From Novakomyces olei (taxonomy: Eukaryota): a stretch of DNA of 64,000 nucleotides. Location of the stretch: positions 2,294,001 through 2,358,000 of the forward strand of contig JADEYG010000007.1 of NCBI GenBank assembly GCA_016906335.1. Reading direction: 5' to 3'. Positions 1 to 13,869 of the stretch are shown here, piece after piece. Position 1 is the stretch's first letter; each line of letters begins with the position of its first letter. Both the position numbers and the translations under genes were made by a program. The notes under the pieces were generated by a model that was given only the letters and a program-made list of their open reading frames with translations, had not been told where the DNA came from and ran no database searches.

Positions 1-1508
1 ACGCTGGTTTAACCCAATATCCCAGCGAACCGCCAAATTCTCGTGAGTTTGAGAATCTTTTAGCTTTTTATCGTTATCTGCCTCCATCTTTACCAGCGGA
101 CCGAATATGTTTTGGTAGTGGTAAGCATCCTCGTACCTTGCCAGCACTGGATCAGGCTCTTCGTCCACACCAGGACGATCAAGGTCTTCCAGTGTTGCAT
201 TGGCGTTATCGCGCCACATATCCTCTAGCTTGTATATTTGCTGCGTTGAAATTTGTCGTGCTTTAACCACCTCAATATCCGTAGGGACAGAGACAAGCCA
301 TGGCAGAAATGAACGATCTTCAATAAGCGGCTGCCACTGGTTCGTGTCCCAGTTGAGATCTTTTGACGAGGGCTTGGAAGCGCATGGCTGCCGGCAAAGA
401 AGGACCACGACAGTGTCACTACTGGGTCAGATTTTATCAAAAGCGAGATTGAGACAAGACATGTACTGGGAAAATAAAAAGATTGAATCGTCATAAGGGC
501 AGATGTAGCAGGCAGAAATGGAACGCAATATAGTGCATGCATTTAATGTTGGATCGGGACGTTGCAAGCATTGTAAACGAGCAGCATGAAGAGTGTAAGA
601 GACATCAAAACAAAGCCTTTAATGTACGACAATTCGCATCGTGTCTCAAAAGCAGAAATGGCCTACCTTTTGGCGGGAATAAACCCTAATAAAAAGACGT
701 TTCTGGTACCGCAATTGTAGCATTCAAGGATAGTCTCGCCCAATTGGCTTTCCGGGTGCAACACCACTTCCTTGTGCCTCGCCCTTACAAGGTGTGTCAC
801 AATATGCGAGGCAGACGTATGTCCTCGAGAATTGCAAAACCATTTATTACATCCCAAGCATTTGACAACAGACGATGTCGAGTGCACTCCGCAATAGCTG
901 ATACTTTGTTAGAGGTACTAGGGCAACAAAAAAAAAAATAAATAAATAAATAAATAAAATTAAAAATAAAAAGTCGGCTCTCTTGCAGGCCATGAGCATT
1001 ATACCAGTACAATGTTCACGGCAGTGGAAAAATAAAAGAAAACCAATGCAGACTTGTAAAACCAAATTTAAATCATTGAAGGTAGAAACAATAAAATAGC
1101 AAGGCGGCATTACCTGCAGGCATAAGGCGGCAGATCTTCCATAGACTCGTCATCCTCGTCTTCATCATCTTCGTCCTCGTCTTCGTCTTCGTCTTCGTCT
1201 ACTTGAGCAGCACCTCGACGCCGTTCGCCAAGGCTGAGGCTGGCGAGGGATAAAGTATCCACACTTTCCTCGTCGTCAGCGACGCCTCGGCGACGACCCT
1301 TGTACTGCTGTATGGTCGAGCCTGAGCGAAGCGATGACGTATCATCGTCTTCATCGTTGTCCTCGTCATCATCGTGGTCTCCAGAGATCTGATAGTCTCC
1401 TAGTCGTCGTCTATTAGAAGCAGCATTGCTGCCCGCTCGATTGCTTCGGTCGTCGTAAACGGTGCCTACACTATTCCAGCCGTTGTTACGCGACCGCGAC
1501 AAGTCCAT
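1..1508 (-). CDS. UPF1: Regulator of nonsense transcripts 1 (UPF1/NAM7 RNA helicase), 5' part; runs off the window start
   Basis: Exons 1508-1114, 897-667 and 418-<1, joined at GT..AG introns with CTAAC/CTGAC branch points, give [97 protein letters not shown], the Upf1 CH domain. First ATG taken at 1508. Confidence 0.97.
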
Positions 1509-2216
1509 CGCCGGCTGCTCTGAGACGGATGGAACTTGGTCTCTTCCAATCTCAAATGCTGCCAACAACTTTGCAAAGAATTGCTGCTGGCTATAATTTT
1601 CGGAATTTTGTTTTTATTTTTTATTTTTTATTCACTTTAATTCTCAATACTCTAATTCTTGTCTAAACGCATTATTCAGGCGCCTATACTCTAAACTATT
1701 ACGTAATACATCCATTATAATTTTATATATATTATAAAATATAGTATTTTTGTATTGCCGAAATATCTTCATTTGGCAATTCATTTACACTTCGTGAATT
1801 GTAATATAAAACGACGCTGTGCATGCGCTAATAATGTGAATTATACAAGCTAATTTGTAGAGGTTTATCTGCACTTTATCCTGAAATTTTCCTTTTTTTT
1901 TAATATAGAGTATATGTACATCTGTTTGATTTTTGAGAAGTGAAGAGTTTCAAACTAAACAATAAAACACGACAATAAGAAAAAAAGTAGTGAGTATTTC
2001 ACAAGCATACCCTTAAACCCAGCGACCAAAACATGAATTATTTAAGCATTAAAACACTGCTTTAAAAGCATATATAAACATGAAATTAATCATCAACGAC
2101 TAACCGAGAAGTGATAGCAATTTCTTCCGAAATATGACACTGAATTTCGTCACAAACACCAATATAAAATTTACGATACGTTTCAGCAAACAGATACCGA
2201 CGAGCAAAAAGCATTG

Positions 2217-4673
2217 CTATAGGCCGCAGAAGAGTAAAAACTCGTCCCGTACATTTGGATTATTGATATCCGGCGTACTGGGCTTGCTTTCAAACCCAGG
2301 AACGTTGGTTGCAATAGCTTCTTGAGCATAAAAATCGAGTGGCAGCATGAGCCGGTCAGCGTCAAGACCTGCTGTTGCATCAAACGGACTTGGCTGGCCT
2401 TCAGAGCCCATACTTTTATTGTCAGAAGGCATAAAATAATCAGTACCATTCGTGGCAAGCGACATCTCGGCTGCCTTCATCAGCTCTATGACATAAGGGA
2501 ACTCTGGAGCACCCATGTGATGCACAACCTCCATATTGGCCCTGGCAAAATCTGTCTTAAGCTTTAATGAACTACCGAGCCTGTATGTTTTGCCCATGCG
2601 CACCAGTAGAGACTTGAGAAAGAACAATGCTTTTTGCAATTCTGAATGAAACGGATCAACCACCTGCAATCCCGTAATAACTATTGCTGGCGCAAATACG
2701 AGATACGAGAAAATAGCACACGGCAGTTTTGTGTTGGCACTCATATGGAAATGGAGACATTTATAAGCCTTGAGGGCCTCGTCTCCCAACAACGTTTCCA
2801 TGTCTGCAATCTCGTTCGTCTGGCTAGGCTTAACCCTTCGTAAAAAGTTGGCTTTGGCTTGATATAGTGATAACATCAATCTAGAAAATTAGAAACTGGC
2901 CTCTGAAAAGGGCAAATAAGGAAACGGGTACAAATTCGAAACTTACGCAGAATGAAACAATTTCAGCGATATATCCGTATGATCTTCACCGTAAGATGTA
3001 GTCGCATATCTTGATTGGAAACATAATTCCAGTGTTTGTGCGCAAGATAACAGTTCTCTGTAAGATGCGTCGAATATTTTGACGTAAGAGGAGTATTTGC
3101 GAATAGGTATTCCGCAAACTTGGCAATGTTAGCAAATCGTTCTTCATACTTGATTAAAAACAAGACAAGAACTTTAAAGAAAAGATATAAATAAACAAAA
3201 GCGAACATTCACGTACCTAACGCCAGCCTATCTATTGTAACCAGCATACCGGCAAACTTGTCAAGCCGCGACAAGTCAGTAGCATCATATTGACCATCTT
3301 CCTCATAGGCAACATTCTCCACTGATGAGCCCTGCAAACAAAATATTAGCAACTTGAGCTTACAAAAGACCTAAACGTACCGCAGAGATGTAGACATCAT
3401 CCTCTCCAGGGAGATGAGTGCGAATATCAGAGCATTTAATTATAAAAGGGTACCTTGATCCAACAGAGCATAGCCGGTCACAAAGGAAAGCACCCCAGAA
3501 AGCCTTTGAGTTAGTAATTTGTAGGAGAACAAAGCACAAATTAAGCCTACCCTCCGCTTTTCCTCTCTTTCGTATTTGCTCATAGTCTGTGGTTCACACA
3601 TGGCACTGGGAAAGGCTTCAAGCTGGTCATCGTCGACAAGATGCAGACTGGCTTTGACCGCTATACGGCACGCGATCCCCACCGTCAAAAAACATTCCTG
3701 GTATTTACACTGACCAAACTCATACAGAGCAATAAGTGTTGAGGCCTGTACTAGCTCAATGTGCCACTGAGAATCATACGACGGGGGACAATCAGCTTGC
3801 ACGCGCGTAAGCTCCCACAGTAATCGTCGTGCTTTCTCGTAAAAGACGGTGTGAAGCTTTCGCAATGAAGGAATTTCACACTCGAGACTCGCTACCGTCC
3901 ATATGGCCCATTGCAATACAAGCGTAGATTTCTGAGCTCCCGGAAACGAGACTTTAGCTTGAAACTTGCCCGGTTGGAGCAAGGGATAAAGCCGGTGGAC
4001 AGTGCAGAAAAACACGTTGTTCAAAATCTGTCCGCTCTCGGAATCCAGCTCGTAATTTGGGCCGTGGTAGGAAAGAGCGGTGCTGTACTCCACCGGCGCC
4101 ACGTCTGAAGACCCGCTCCCAGATACAGACGAATCATCCTTTGTTTTTATTAGCGCGACGTACAGAGGTGAAGAAGAGAGGCCAAAACTTACGCTAGATG
4201 AAGTACTTGCAGCATTAACTGAAGCGTGTCCAGTGTTATTGCTATATTCAGTATTGCTTGATTGTGTTGAGCTGCTGAATGAGATCGCTGCTCGCTCACG
4301 TCGGGACCCGCCTTTCGGTCCCGGCTTCAACCTTGTCGTTGGGTATTCACTGTGATTAGCCCCCAAAGACGCAAAAAATTAGAGACAAAACATGAGACAA
4401 AACATGAGACAAAAAGAGAGACAAGACGTGAGAGACAAGACGTGAGGAACAAACGGCGTAAGCTAGTATTGACGAATTATCAAAGTGAACAAAAATTTAA
4501 ATAATTATTTTTCAATAATTATTCTTCAAAAACAATTGAGTAGAGAACAGACGCCCATTTGATGCTTACCATAAATGACCTAACCTGGTGCAGTGAGCAC
4601 ACGAGGGTCGCGAGCCATCACAGCGCATCTTGCGCTTTCGGCATAATAGGCAGGCCTGCTTTACCCCGGCCAT
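2217..4673 (-). CDS. Zn(II)2Cys6 binuclear cluster transcription factor with fungal-specific middle homology region (multi-exon)
   Basis: Exon 4673-4570 encodes MAGVKQACLLCRKRKMRCDGSRPSCAHCTRLGHL and splices to 4349 (C-EYPTTRLKPGPK), completing six cysteines. Later exons give EKRRAFWGAFLCDR...IRTHLP. Final exon ends at 2217. Some internal exon boundaries not fully resolved. Confidence 0.9.
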
Positions 4674-5602
4674 GTCTTATGCTGATCTTATTTCCGGGCT
4701 CGGTTTACAGCAGCAGACTTTTCTCTTGTCAGCCTTCGGAGTTCCCTTCGGGGTTGTAGGAGCGCGCCGTTTGAGTTCCAATTGCTCCTCGCTTCTGCAG
4801 CGCCAGTCTCCTTGAGCCAGCGTTACCGTCGAATGGCTCCTGAAATTTGTTTATTATTATAATTATAATAATTATAGTATTATTTCTGTGGTCGCCAACA
4901 CAGATCTCCAGTTAAACTGCCGCTTGAGCACAAGACAATGGTGGCTGTAGGCAACACAACTAGTCTCTTGCTTCGTCACAAATTGATGAATTCTCTTTGG
5001 CACAAGTTGGTCCGGCCTTTTTAATTCTTCAATACATGGCGCTGATAACGCCCCGGCCGATCTCTCGATTCCCATATCGCGAAAATTGACTGCAGCGTTA
5101 CTTGGCAAACTGCGGGGCTGACGTATGTTCATACGAGCCGGGTGCGTGGAGTAAAAATTCTCGAATAAATCGCAGTAAAATCGGTACGGTGGCCTTAAAT
5201 GGAAGCGCCATCGAGACAGTAATCTATGTTTTGTGCTTATGACTTGTTTAGTACAGACAAGTAATATATACATACGTACTGTGCGCAAGTAACTTTGCCG
5301 CCAGCTTTCTTTAGGATTTTTCCAGCTTTTTATATAGATTGGGGAACAGATTGGTGTATTATACAGGTTGGTAAAAGGTATAGTAAAATTCAGATATATA
5401 GAGACAAGACATATCCAGCCAAGCAATGGTACGTGCTGATTCTGGGGAACAAGCGTGAACGCAAGACATCATCGGGCGAGCAGGATCGGGTCGAAATCGG
5501 ATAGGAAACGGCGACGGCCAATCATCTAAACAACTATTTAGCCATAAAATTTCTTTCAAAACGGAAAAGGCAAAGAAGACGGTTCAAGTTGTCTCCAGCG
5601 CA

Positions 5603-6957
5603 ATGGACGGTCGCAGTACCGTACAGGAGGCAATCTTTTCTGCGCTTTTGGGTTCTTTTGTGCCCGATGCTACTGCGGCATCGGCTGCCAACACTGGGAA
5701 CGAGGATAGGCAAAGGCAGCATCGTGATCCTTATGCCCCGACGCATCGAGCAACAGCGCCTCTGTCGCTTCCTCTCCTTACACAAAATTTTCGCAAATTT
5801 TCTAGCAGGTATCGTGCATTTTACGCTTTAAACGATTCCTTTTCTCTGTAACGCTTTCGACTGCCGAAATGCGCATTGTTTCCGTCTTTTGGCTCTGTCT
5901 TGTTTACTCTATGCTTTTCTCTTTAAGTTGCACCGATATCTGTGTACCAATATCTGTGTAATTCATTCTAACGGTAACCAGAGTAAGCGCTATATTCATT
6001 GTGCGCGATTTTTTAGAGAGCGTCTATCTCTGGCACAACGTGTACAAGACGCTCACGTTCATGTCCGTTTTCACTTTGGGCGCACTACACCCTGGCATGA
6101 TTCCCTTACTGCCTCCGCTGGTAGTATTGTTCTACGTTCTTATACCTGCCTTTGAACGTCGTCACGTGTTACGACACGGTGTGGCGCCCTTTGTCGAGGT
6201 TCTGGAGGACGGTGAGCCCATTCACCGACCGGCGCCACTCGGCCGGCCCGCGGAAGGTCGAGATTTCGTTTTGAATATGCGGGATATTCAGAATTTAATG
6301 GCAGATTATACAAATTTCTATGACGCAATAGTGGCCAACTTTGTCAGTTATGTCGATTTCAGCGACGACCACTTGTCCTCCGTTGTCTTTATCATTTGTG
6401 TAATGGCGACTGTCTTGATTGCATTGATCTCCTACTTTGTGGCCTTCAACATTGTCGTGCTTTTCATCGGCTGGGCAGCCATTCTTGCTTCTCACCCATC
6501 CATATCAGAGCATCGCGAGACACTTGATGGGGGTCCATATTCCCTGAAACGAATGGGCTCTGAGTTTGTGAAGCTGGCACATCGTGATATAGATATTCCA
6601 AGCAGTAAGCAAAGGATTGTACAAGTCTTTGGCTACGCAAAAAACGATCCTCTAGCCACTCCACTGTTCTTGTCGCCTTGTGAGACGCTGCAAGAGGCTT
6701 TAGCAAGAAACGTCGCCAGCCTGGAACTTGTTTCTGCTCCAGCGGGGTTCGAGTTTTCTGATGGTGGCTGGATTCCAGCACAGGAGGATACAACCTGGGC
6801 TTCCCGCTCGCCAAAGGAGCCAGGAGTCATTTACTACCGACAAAAGTTTTGTCGTGGTGTGCTACCAATCCATGAAGATGACAACGATGACGTGGGTGCT
6901 GGTTCTGACTCTGATACCAGTAGCAGCGAGCGCACAAACACTGCTTCGAGCAAGTGA
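5603..6957 (+). CDS. Peroxin Pex24/28/29-family membrane protein
   Basis: LSLPLLTQNFRKFSSR, intron ~5809-5981, then hydrophobic segments and the motif RDFVLNMRDIQNLMADY, as recalled for the Pex28/29 family. True start may lie upstream. Confidence 0.8.
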
Positions 6958-7250
6958 GCGAGCACGTGAGTGAGCTGATTTATTTATTTATTTATTGTAT
7001 ATACATTAGAGATACCATTGGTGTGAAGGGTTAATGATCATAATATCACTCCGATACGAGTATAGTATAATTTTAGATTGCTACGTAATTGTAGCGTGTA
7101 CTTTACAGGATTGTAGTACCCACTACGGGCCGAAACAAAGGCTGTCTGCAAAACAGCGATGATTGTATTGTACGGCGTTGGGTATAGTGCCAAGGCGTTG
7201 CCAGGCGGGATTGAAGGTGTATGCATCTCGTGATCTAGTGTGGTACAAGA

Positions 7251-7665
7251 TCAAATTTCAAAGTCAGAGTATTTGGCTGTAGGATTAGACAATCGTCAGA
7301 AACAAGTTAAATTTACCCTTGAACCGGGCGCTCCGGGATCCGGCATCGTCTTGCACATTGGCGAGCCTCTCAGCATCAGGATTCCAGGCGAGATGGTTCC
7401 GCGAGTCCCGCGCGAGTCGTAGCAAAGGCATAGGAGCAGTAGTCATACGCGTAAAAGTGCTTCCATCAGACATAATGACACGCTGCGCAAAAAGCGGTGG
7501 CTCTGCTTTCCTACCGCCATGCGCCCGTCGCAAAGCTCGTATCCAATCCTGCTGAGACATCGAAGCTGTACGCGGCACTTTGCGTGTTCTTAAGCCGCGC
7601 TGCCAATTAACAGGGCCGAGGCTGACGCTGCGGCCAGCAGTTCTCGCTCCATTAAGAAACAGCAT
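7251..7665 (-). CDS. MRPL36: Mitochondrial large-subunit ribosomal protein bL31m (MRPL36-like)
   Basis: RVIMSDGSTF...RLARDSRNHLAWNP motif and an Arg-rich presequence. A small intron (7316-7277) gives the C-terminus FKAKYSDFEI*. Confidence 0.8.
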
Positions 7666-7730
7666 TTGTCTTGTGTAGCGTAAAAGTTTGACAGGCCAAT
7701 TTGCTATATTAATATTGGATCGGACCTATA

Positions 7731-8550
<820 letters not shown>

Positions 8551-8606
8551 TTAGCGCTGGTAAATGCCTTGACTTGCTACGAGTCTCGTCACTGTACGTA
8601 CTACTA

Positions 8607-9857
8607 ATGCCCGCGCAATCGGGCCGTGCCGCGGTTTCGCGGCCCGTTGACCGGTACCGGCCGGGCAAAGGCGAGGAGTCGTCAGATTCTGAGAGCGAGT
8701 ACGAAGAAGAGCCGTTGGAAACGGTTGACAATCATGCGACACCTGATACAGTGCCTTCTCGTGACTCATCTCAAGTAGCACCAGCGGTGCCAGCGGTAAA
8801 AGCGCCGCTCGTATCGGCTAAAAAGCCACAGCAAGCTTTACAGTTAAAAGGCATTGCGGCAGATAGGTTTGTTAAGCCGTCGGACGAAGCAGAATCCGAG
8901 TCTTCTTCTTATGCCAGCGAAGAAAGCGACAATGAAGAAAGCGACGGGTCCGCCTCGGCTTTTTCTGATGAACAAAGTGACGAAGAGGAGAGCGAGGAGG
9001 AGGAACCTGTGCTACTGAAGCCTACTTTTGTATCAAAGAAGGAAGTCAAGTCTGAAAGCGCTGCCGCTGATGGTGAAAAGCGCAAAGAGGAGACTATGCG
9101 TATGCTGGAAGAAGCCCTGGAAAAGGATCGAGTCAGAGATGTGGAGGATGATCTGAACGAGGCAGCAGTGGATGATCGGGACGGTCTAGATCCTGAAGCA
9201 GAACGGGAAGCGTGGAAGTTACGTGAGCTTTTACGCATTAAGCGTGAACGTGAGCGGATTGCCGCTCATGAGAAGGAGCTTGAACAGGTTGAGGAACGAA
9301 GGCGTATGGATCCAGAGCTGCGGGACCGAGAGGACCGCGAGCGTGCTCGGCTACTGCGGGAAAGCAAGCCTAAATCAACACTTGGCTTTATGCAAAAGTA
9401 CTATCATAAGGGTGAGTGGATTGTACTTGTATCCAATTTAAGGTTGACTTATTGGTGCGTTTAGTGGTTCTCTCTTTTCTTTTTTCGCTTACAAGCTCAC
9501 TGTCTATATGGTGTCTTGAAGATAGTTTATTCTTTGTCTCTCGAGTTTTCTTTTGTTGCGGATACAGCTTGTTCTGTATTGATACTAATCATAGGCGCCT
9601 TCTTTCAAGACCAAGAGATATTGCGGCGAGACTACTCAGAGGCGGCAGAAAGCGAGGCAATCGACAAGACAACGCTTCCCAAAGCATTGCAAGTCAGGGG
9701 GAACAACGTGGGTCTTGCTGGCCGTACGCGCTGGACGCATTTGGCTAATGAAGATACTACACAGAGGGACGCTGGTTGGAGTCGAGCGCCTCAATCTGTT
9801 ACAAACCGGCTGGGAGGTATCAAGGATACAGAACCGCACAAGAGGCGAAAACTATAG
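8607..9857 (+). CDS. MFAP1: MFAP1/Spp381-like spliceosomal B-complex protein
   Basis: RYRPGK N-terminus, acidic tract, EREAWKLRELLRIKRERE, FMQKYYHKG|AFFQD across an intron (~9412-9594), and GRTRWTHLANEDT. Confidence 0.93.
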
Positions 9858-10249
9858 GTGCAATCTCAATCATTGTAAATAGCATAAAACATGAAAAATA
9901 GATTGTCAAAATGTAACGCGTGGACGACGCGCCGAGCGTAAAAGACGGCTTTATCTCGCAGTGAGGTTGGTAGTGTTACTTGAATTATAGGAGAAGGTAT
10001 ATTTCTCTTTTCTCTGAATAATACACTAATACACTGTATTAATAGCAGATGGTATACTCTTATTGTACTTGGCATTACTTGTGCATTCTTACTTGTCAAC
10101 CGGCGGGAATATAACTTGCTACTAGACAGCATGTGCTGTATACTGAAATGTGTACATTAGGGTAGGGTTTGAAACCGTACCCACAACAAAGATTGAGCAG
10201 AGATTTCGCCAAACCACCACGACACAAACCCCAAAGTCTACACAGAAGA

Positions 10250-10577
10250 ATGGCGCGTCGCACGCAAAAGGTCGGTATCACCGGCAAATAGTATGTTAAT
10301 CTAACCTTTAAATTGTCTCCAATTTCTAACCAATTCTAGCGGTACTCGTTATGGTGCTTCTCTGCGCCGAGATATCAAAAAGATGGAAGTGACACAGCAC
10401 GCGCGTTATACGTGCACTTTCTGCGGCAAGAACACAGTCAAGCGTAGCGCTGTTGGAATCTGGAAGTGCAAAGGCTGTAGCAAGGTTGTTGCTGGCGGTG
10501 CCTGGACTGTATCAACGACGGCTGCTGCCACTGTACGCAGCACGATCCGTCGTCTCCGTGAAATTGCTGAGGTTTAA
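10250..10577 (+). CDS. RPL43: 60S ribosomal protein eL43 (L43/L37a)
   Basis: [24 protein letters not shown] (intron 10291-10339) with the C4 zinc finger CTFC...CKGC. Confidence 0.98.
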
Positions 10578-10869
10578 ACAGATTTTACGGTAATATGATT
10601 CTGTTGCATATGGCGAAAAGTAGATTCAGGGCAGGGCATATTATATTTTAATAAAATTGCTATACGGAAATCTTGGGCTCACGTGTCTGGCTTCAACAAG
10701 TCGAAATATTTTGGCCTTGCATTATAGTCTTGAATGGCTAAAGTCTTGAATGGCTATAATCAAACGTTCACTCGAAATAATATATAAAAGTCTAAATCTA
10801 GGCTGTAGATTTAAGCAAGCGCAGGCTCTGGGTAAACTATAATACAAGTCATAAAAGTAAAAGGGTATT

Positions 10870-12245
10870 TCAAAAATGCCGTCCCCATTTGCGCGCACAA
10901 GCATTAGTGCCATACTCATTGTACTCCTCACGGGTCACAAAAGGCGTGGCTGCTGACTGGGCAATCGTTTCTGCGTGTGTAATGGCACAGCGTGCGGCAA
11001 AAGTCTCTGGCTCCGAAGGCATGCTCAGTCTCACAGCACAATCGCTGGGAGCGAGTGGCCTCAGTTCAGCTTCTAATCGAGGCAAAAGGCCAGGCAGTCT
11101 GGCAGTTCCGCCACAGACCACAATATTCGCCCAAAGAAGCGGCTGGAGCGAAGTAGGGGCACTGTTGATAGACTCTGCTATCATTTCGTGTAAACCGCCC
11201 TGTGGAATTCCGATATTTTTAGGGGCAAAGAGAAGTTCAGGCGTGGTGAACCTTTCATTCTGTAATACCAATGCTTGTTCGTTAGCCGTTTGCTGCTCAT
11301 TATCGTCCAGAATACGGCCGTGCTGTGTAGTATTGTAATCAGGCAATATAAAGGTCAAGCCTTTGGACTTTTGCTGCCGAAAATACCGCTCCAAGTCAGC
11401 GGAAAAATCACGGGAGACAAAGCATGTGGCCTCCTTGATCTCGTTTAGCAAGTGCGTCTCTTCCATCATGTTGTAGTAACGAAACGACACGGTCTCCTTG
11501 AGATGATTAGTCAACAATTTGCCACCTACACGGATCCGTTTGGCAAAAGAGAACTGTGTCTGGTGTTCAAATACTGGCGCACATGAGGAAAAGCTGAAGC
11601 CCAAGTCTACAACTGTAGTATACGGCGAAGCGTCTTCCGCATATGAGGCCAATGCCGGTGTAGTCGTTCTCAGGTAGCGGCCTACTTGATACGCCTCAAA
11701 GACAATTTGATCCGTATTATCTTGTACGGCCGGAAGATCGTACAATGCCTCCGTCAATAATAAATCGCAGTCTTTTGTGTCGAGTCCACGCTGCATAAAC
11801 GCGCTATCCCATACTGCCTTTTCCAATTGCCAGTTTGTAAGGATTCCCTATTAGAAGTTGGTGATTGATCAATCATGACGGCTTCTTTTCTTTTGGTTGC
11901 CTTCTCTTTAGTTCTCTTTTGTTTTTGTTCTCTTTTGTTTTTCTTTTTATTTGTTTTTCCTTTCTTTTGTTCTCTTTAATTCTCTATTTCGTTTCTCCTT
12001 TTTTAACCGTGTCTCGTTACCTTCTCCAACGGCCTGCGAAAGGAAAGGGCGCCAAAATCGCGACATCGATGCAGCGCGTCGCCTAAATAATGACGTTTTC
12101 CATCTTTTGTGCGCGCAATACAATTCGGTATTAAACTGCCATTTAGCATCGCAGAAAAAAAGCTTAACGCTTACTCTATTTCCTGAGCGCCTGACGTTGC
12201 TAGTTTAATCGTATACGCGCCATTGTCGAGGACCAGTGTAGGCAT
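10870..12245 (-). CDS. ARP6: Actin-related protein 6 (SWR1 complex)
   Basis: Exons 12245-12175, 12135-12021, 11847-10870. MPTLVLDNGAYTIK start, GGKLLTNHLKETVSFRYYNMMEET, LQNERFTTPELLFAP, VTREEYNEYG. Confidence 0.94.
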
Positions 12246-12626
12246 AAGGCGGCGATGGATTGTGACAGGTCGGTCGGTACGTCGATGATTTTATAGTGAA
12301 TTTAAAACAATAATAGGTGTGGAATATTATTTTATTAAATTCGATATAGAATTTGCTATTAAATTAATTATGCATACAATATTACATGGCAGCTTACAAC
12401 GTATATTGTTAATATCGTTATCGCTTGTCTCCATATATCCATATCCATATCCATATAAATTTATAAATTTATAAATATATAAATATTTACATACATATAT
12501 ACCCATATATAAATACCATATAAATACCTTACATATCCATTACTTGTCCACGAAACTAGCAGTCACGCAGACACAAATAACGACAACAGTGTTGGCAGAA
12601 TCGCCAACACATTCAAACACAGCACA

Positions 12627-13282
12627 ATGTCGGCACGTGGACGAGGAGGAGCCGCGGGCAACAAATACCGAATGACCCTGGGTCTGCCGGTCGGTGCAGT
12701 TATGAACTGCGCTGACAACTCGGGCGCCAAAAACCTTTATGTTATCGCTGTATATGGCACAGGTGCACGTCTGAATCGGCTTCCTGCTGCCGCCGTTGGA
12801 GGTGAGTCTGTACACTTTCGCAGCGTTGCTCGAGCAGGGTCTAGACTTGTTTTCGTTAATGCGTTGCATTTCGTTTCTAGTTTACCGTTTTTTACAAGTT
12901 TTTAGTCGTTTTTATCTTTTTATCATCTCTATTTTTCATTATTTTATGTTTATCTTTATTCATTTTTATCTTTATTCATGTTTATCTTTATTTATCTTTA
13001 TTATCTTTTATTCTGCTGTTTTGCTAATAATCAGACATGGTATTGGCTACGGTGAAGAAGGGAAAACCCGATCTGCGGAAAAAAGTTATGCCCGCGGTCG
13101 TTGTGCGTCAACGCAAGGCCTGGCGCCGCAAGGACGGTGTCTACCTTTATTTTGAGGATAACGCCGGTGTCATTGTAAACCCCAAGGGCGAAATGAAAGG
13201 ATCTGCCATCACCGGCCCCGTTGGAAAAGAGTGCGCTGATCTCTGGCCCCGTATTGCCAGCAATGCGGGTACTGTCGTTTAG
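12627..13282 (+). CDS. RPL23: 60S ribosomal protein uL14 (L23)
   Basis: [37 protein letters not shown]...[17 protein letters not shown], with intron ~12802-13034. Confidence 0.99.
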
Positions 13283-13869
13283 ACATGTTGCATTTAGTAA
13301 AGGCCAAAACACTTGAATATGAGTACGATCAATGCGTGCATTGTAAGCGTGTAGGACGTTACCCGTCTATCAAATGGAGAATTGCCCAATAACTAGATGT
13401 TCATTACTAGCCGATTGTAGTATAAACTGCTCTATACTAGACAATTGCTTCTGGGCTGTGGAGTATTCATTTGCAATTCACAGTTTTGTCCATTATACTC
13501 GTCCATTGGACTCGTAGATATTTATATACAGGAATTTCCCTGTCCTGTAGGAAAGTATTGCTCGCGTAATAGCGTGTATGGGTTGGGCAAAGTTTCAATT
13601 TTGTCAAGATTTCTGTGTATAAATGCCCCCAATTGTGACTCGATCGTCGTATAAGTGCGATATTATTTGCCTTCCTCTATACCCATTACCTCCCTCTTGC
13701 TTTTCTCCCTTTTGCTTTTCTCCCTCTTGCTTTCCTCCCTCTTCCTTACCTCACTCTTCCTTACCTCACTCTTCCTTACCTCACTCTTGCTTACAAGGCC
13801 GCTATACGGAGCCTGTCCAATTCATATATACAGATTGCAATTTATAGCAGTCCCCAAATCCCTAAACGA

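Noticed and set aside
4872-5426. 184-aa minus-strand ORF between the transcription factor and the peroxin gene
   Set aside because: Non-ATG start, no motifs, and located in a divergent promoter region.
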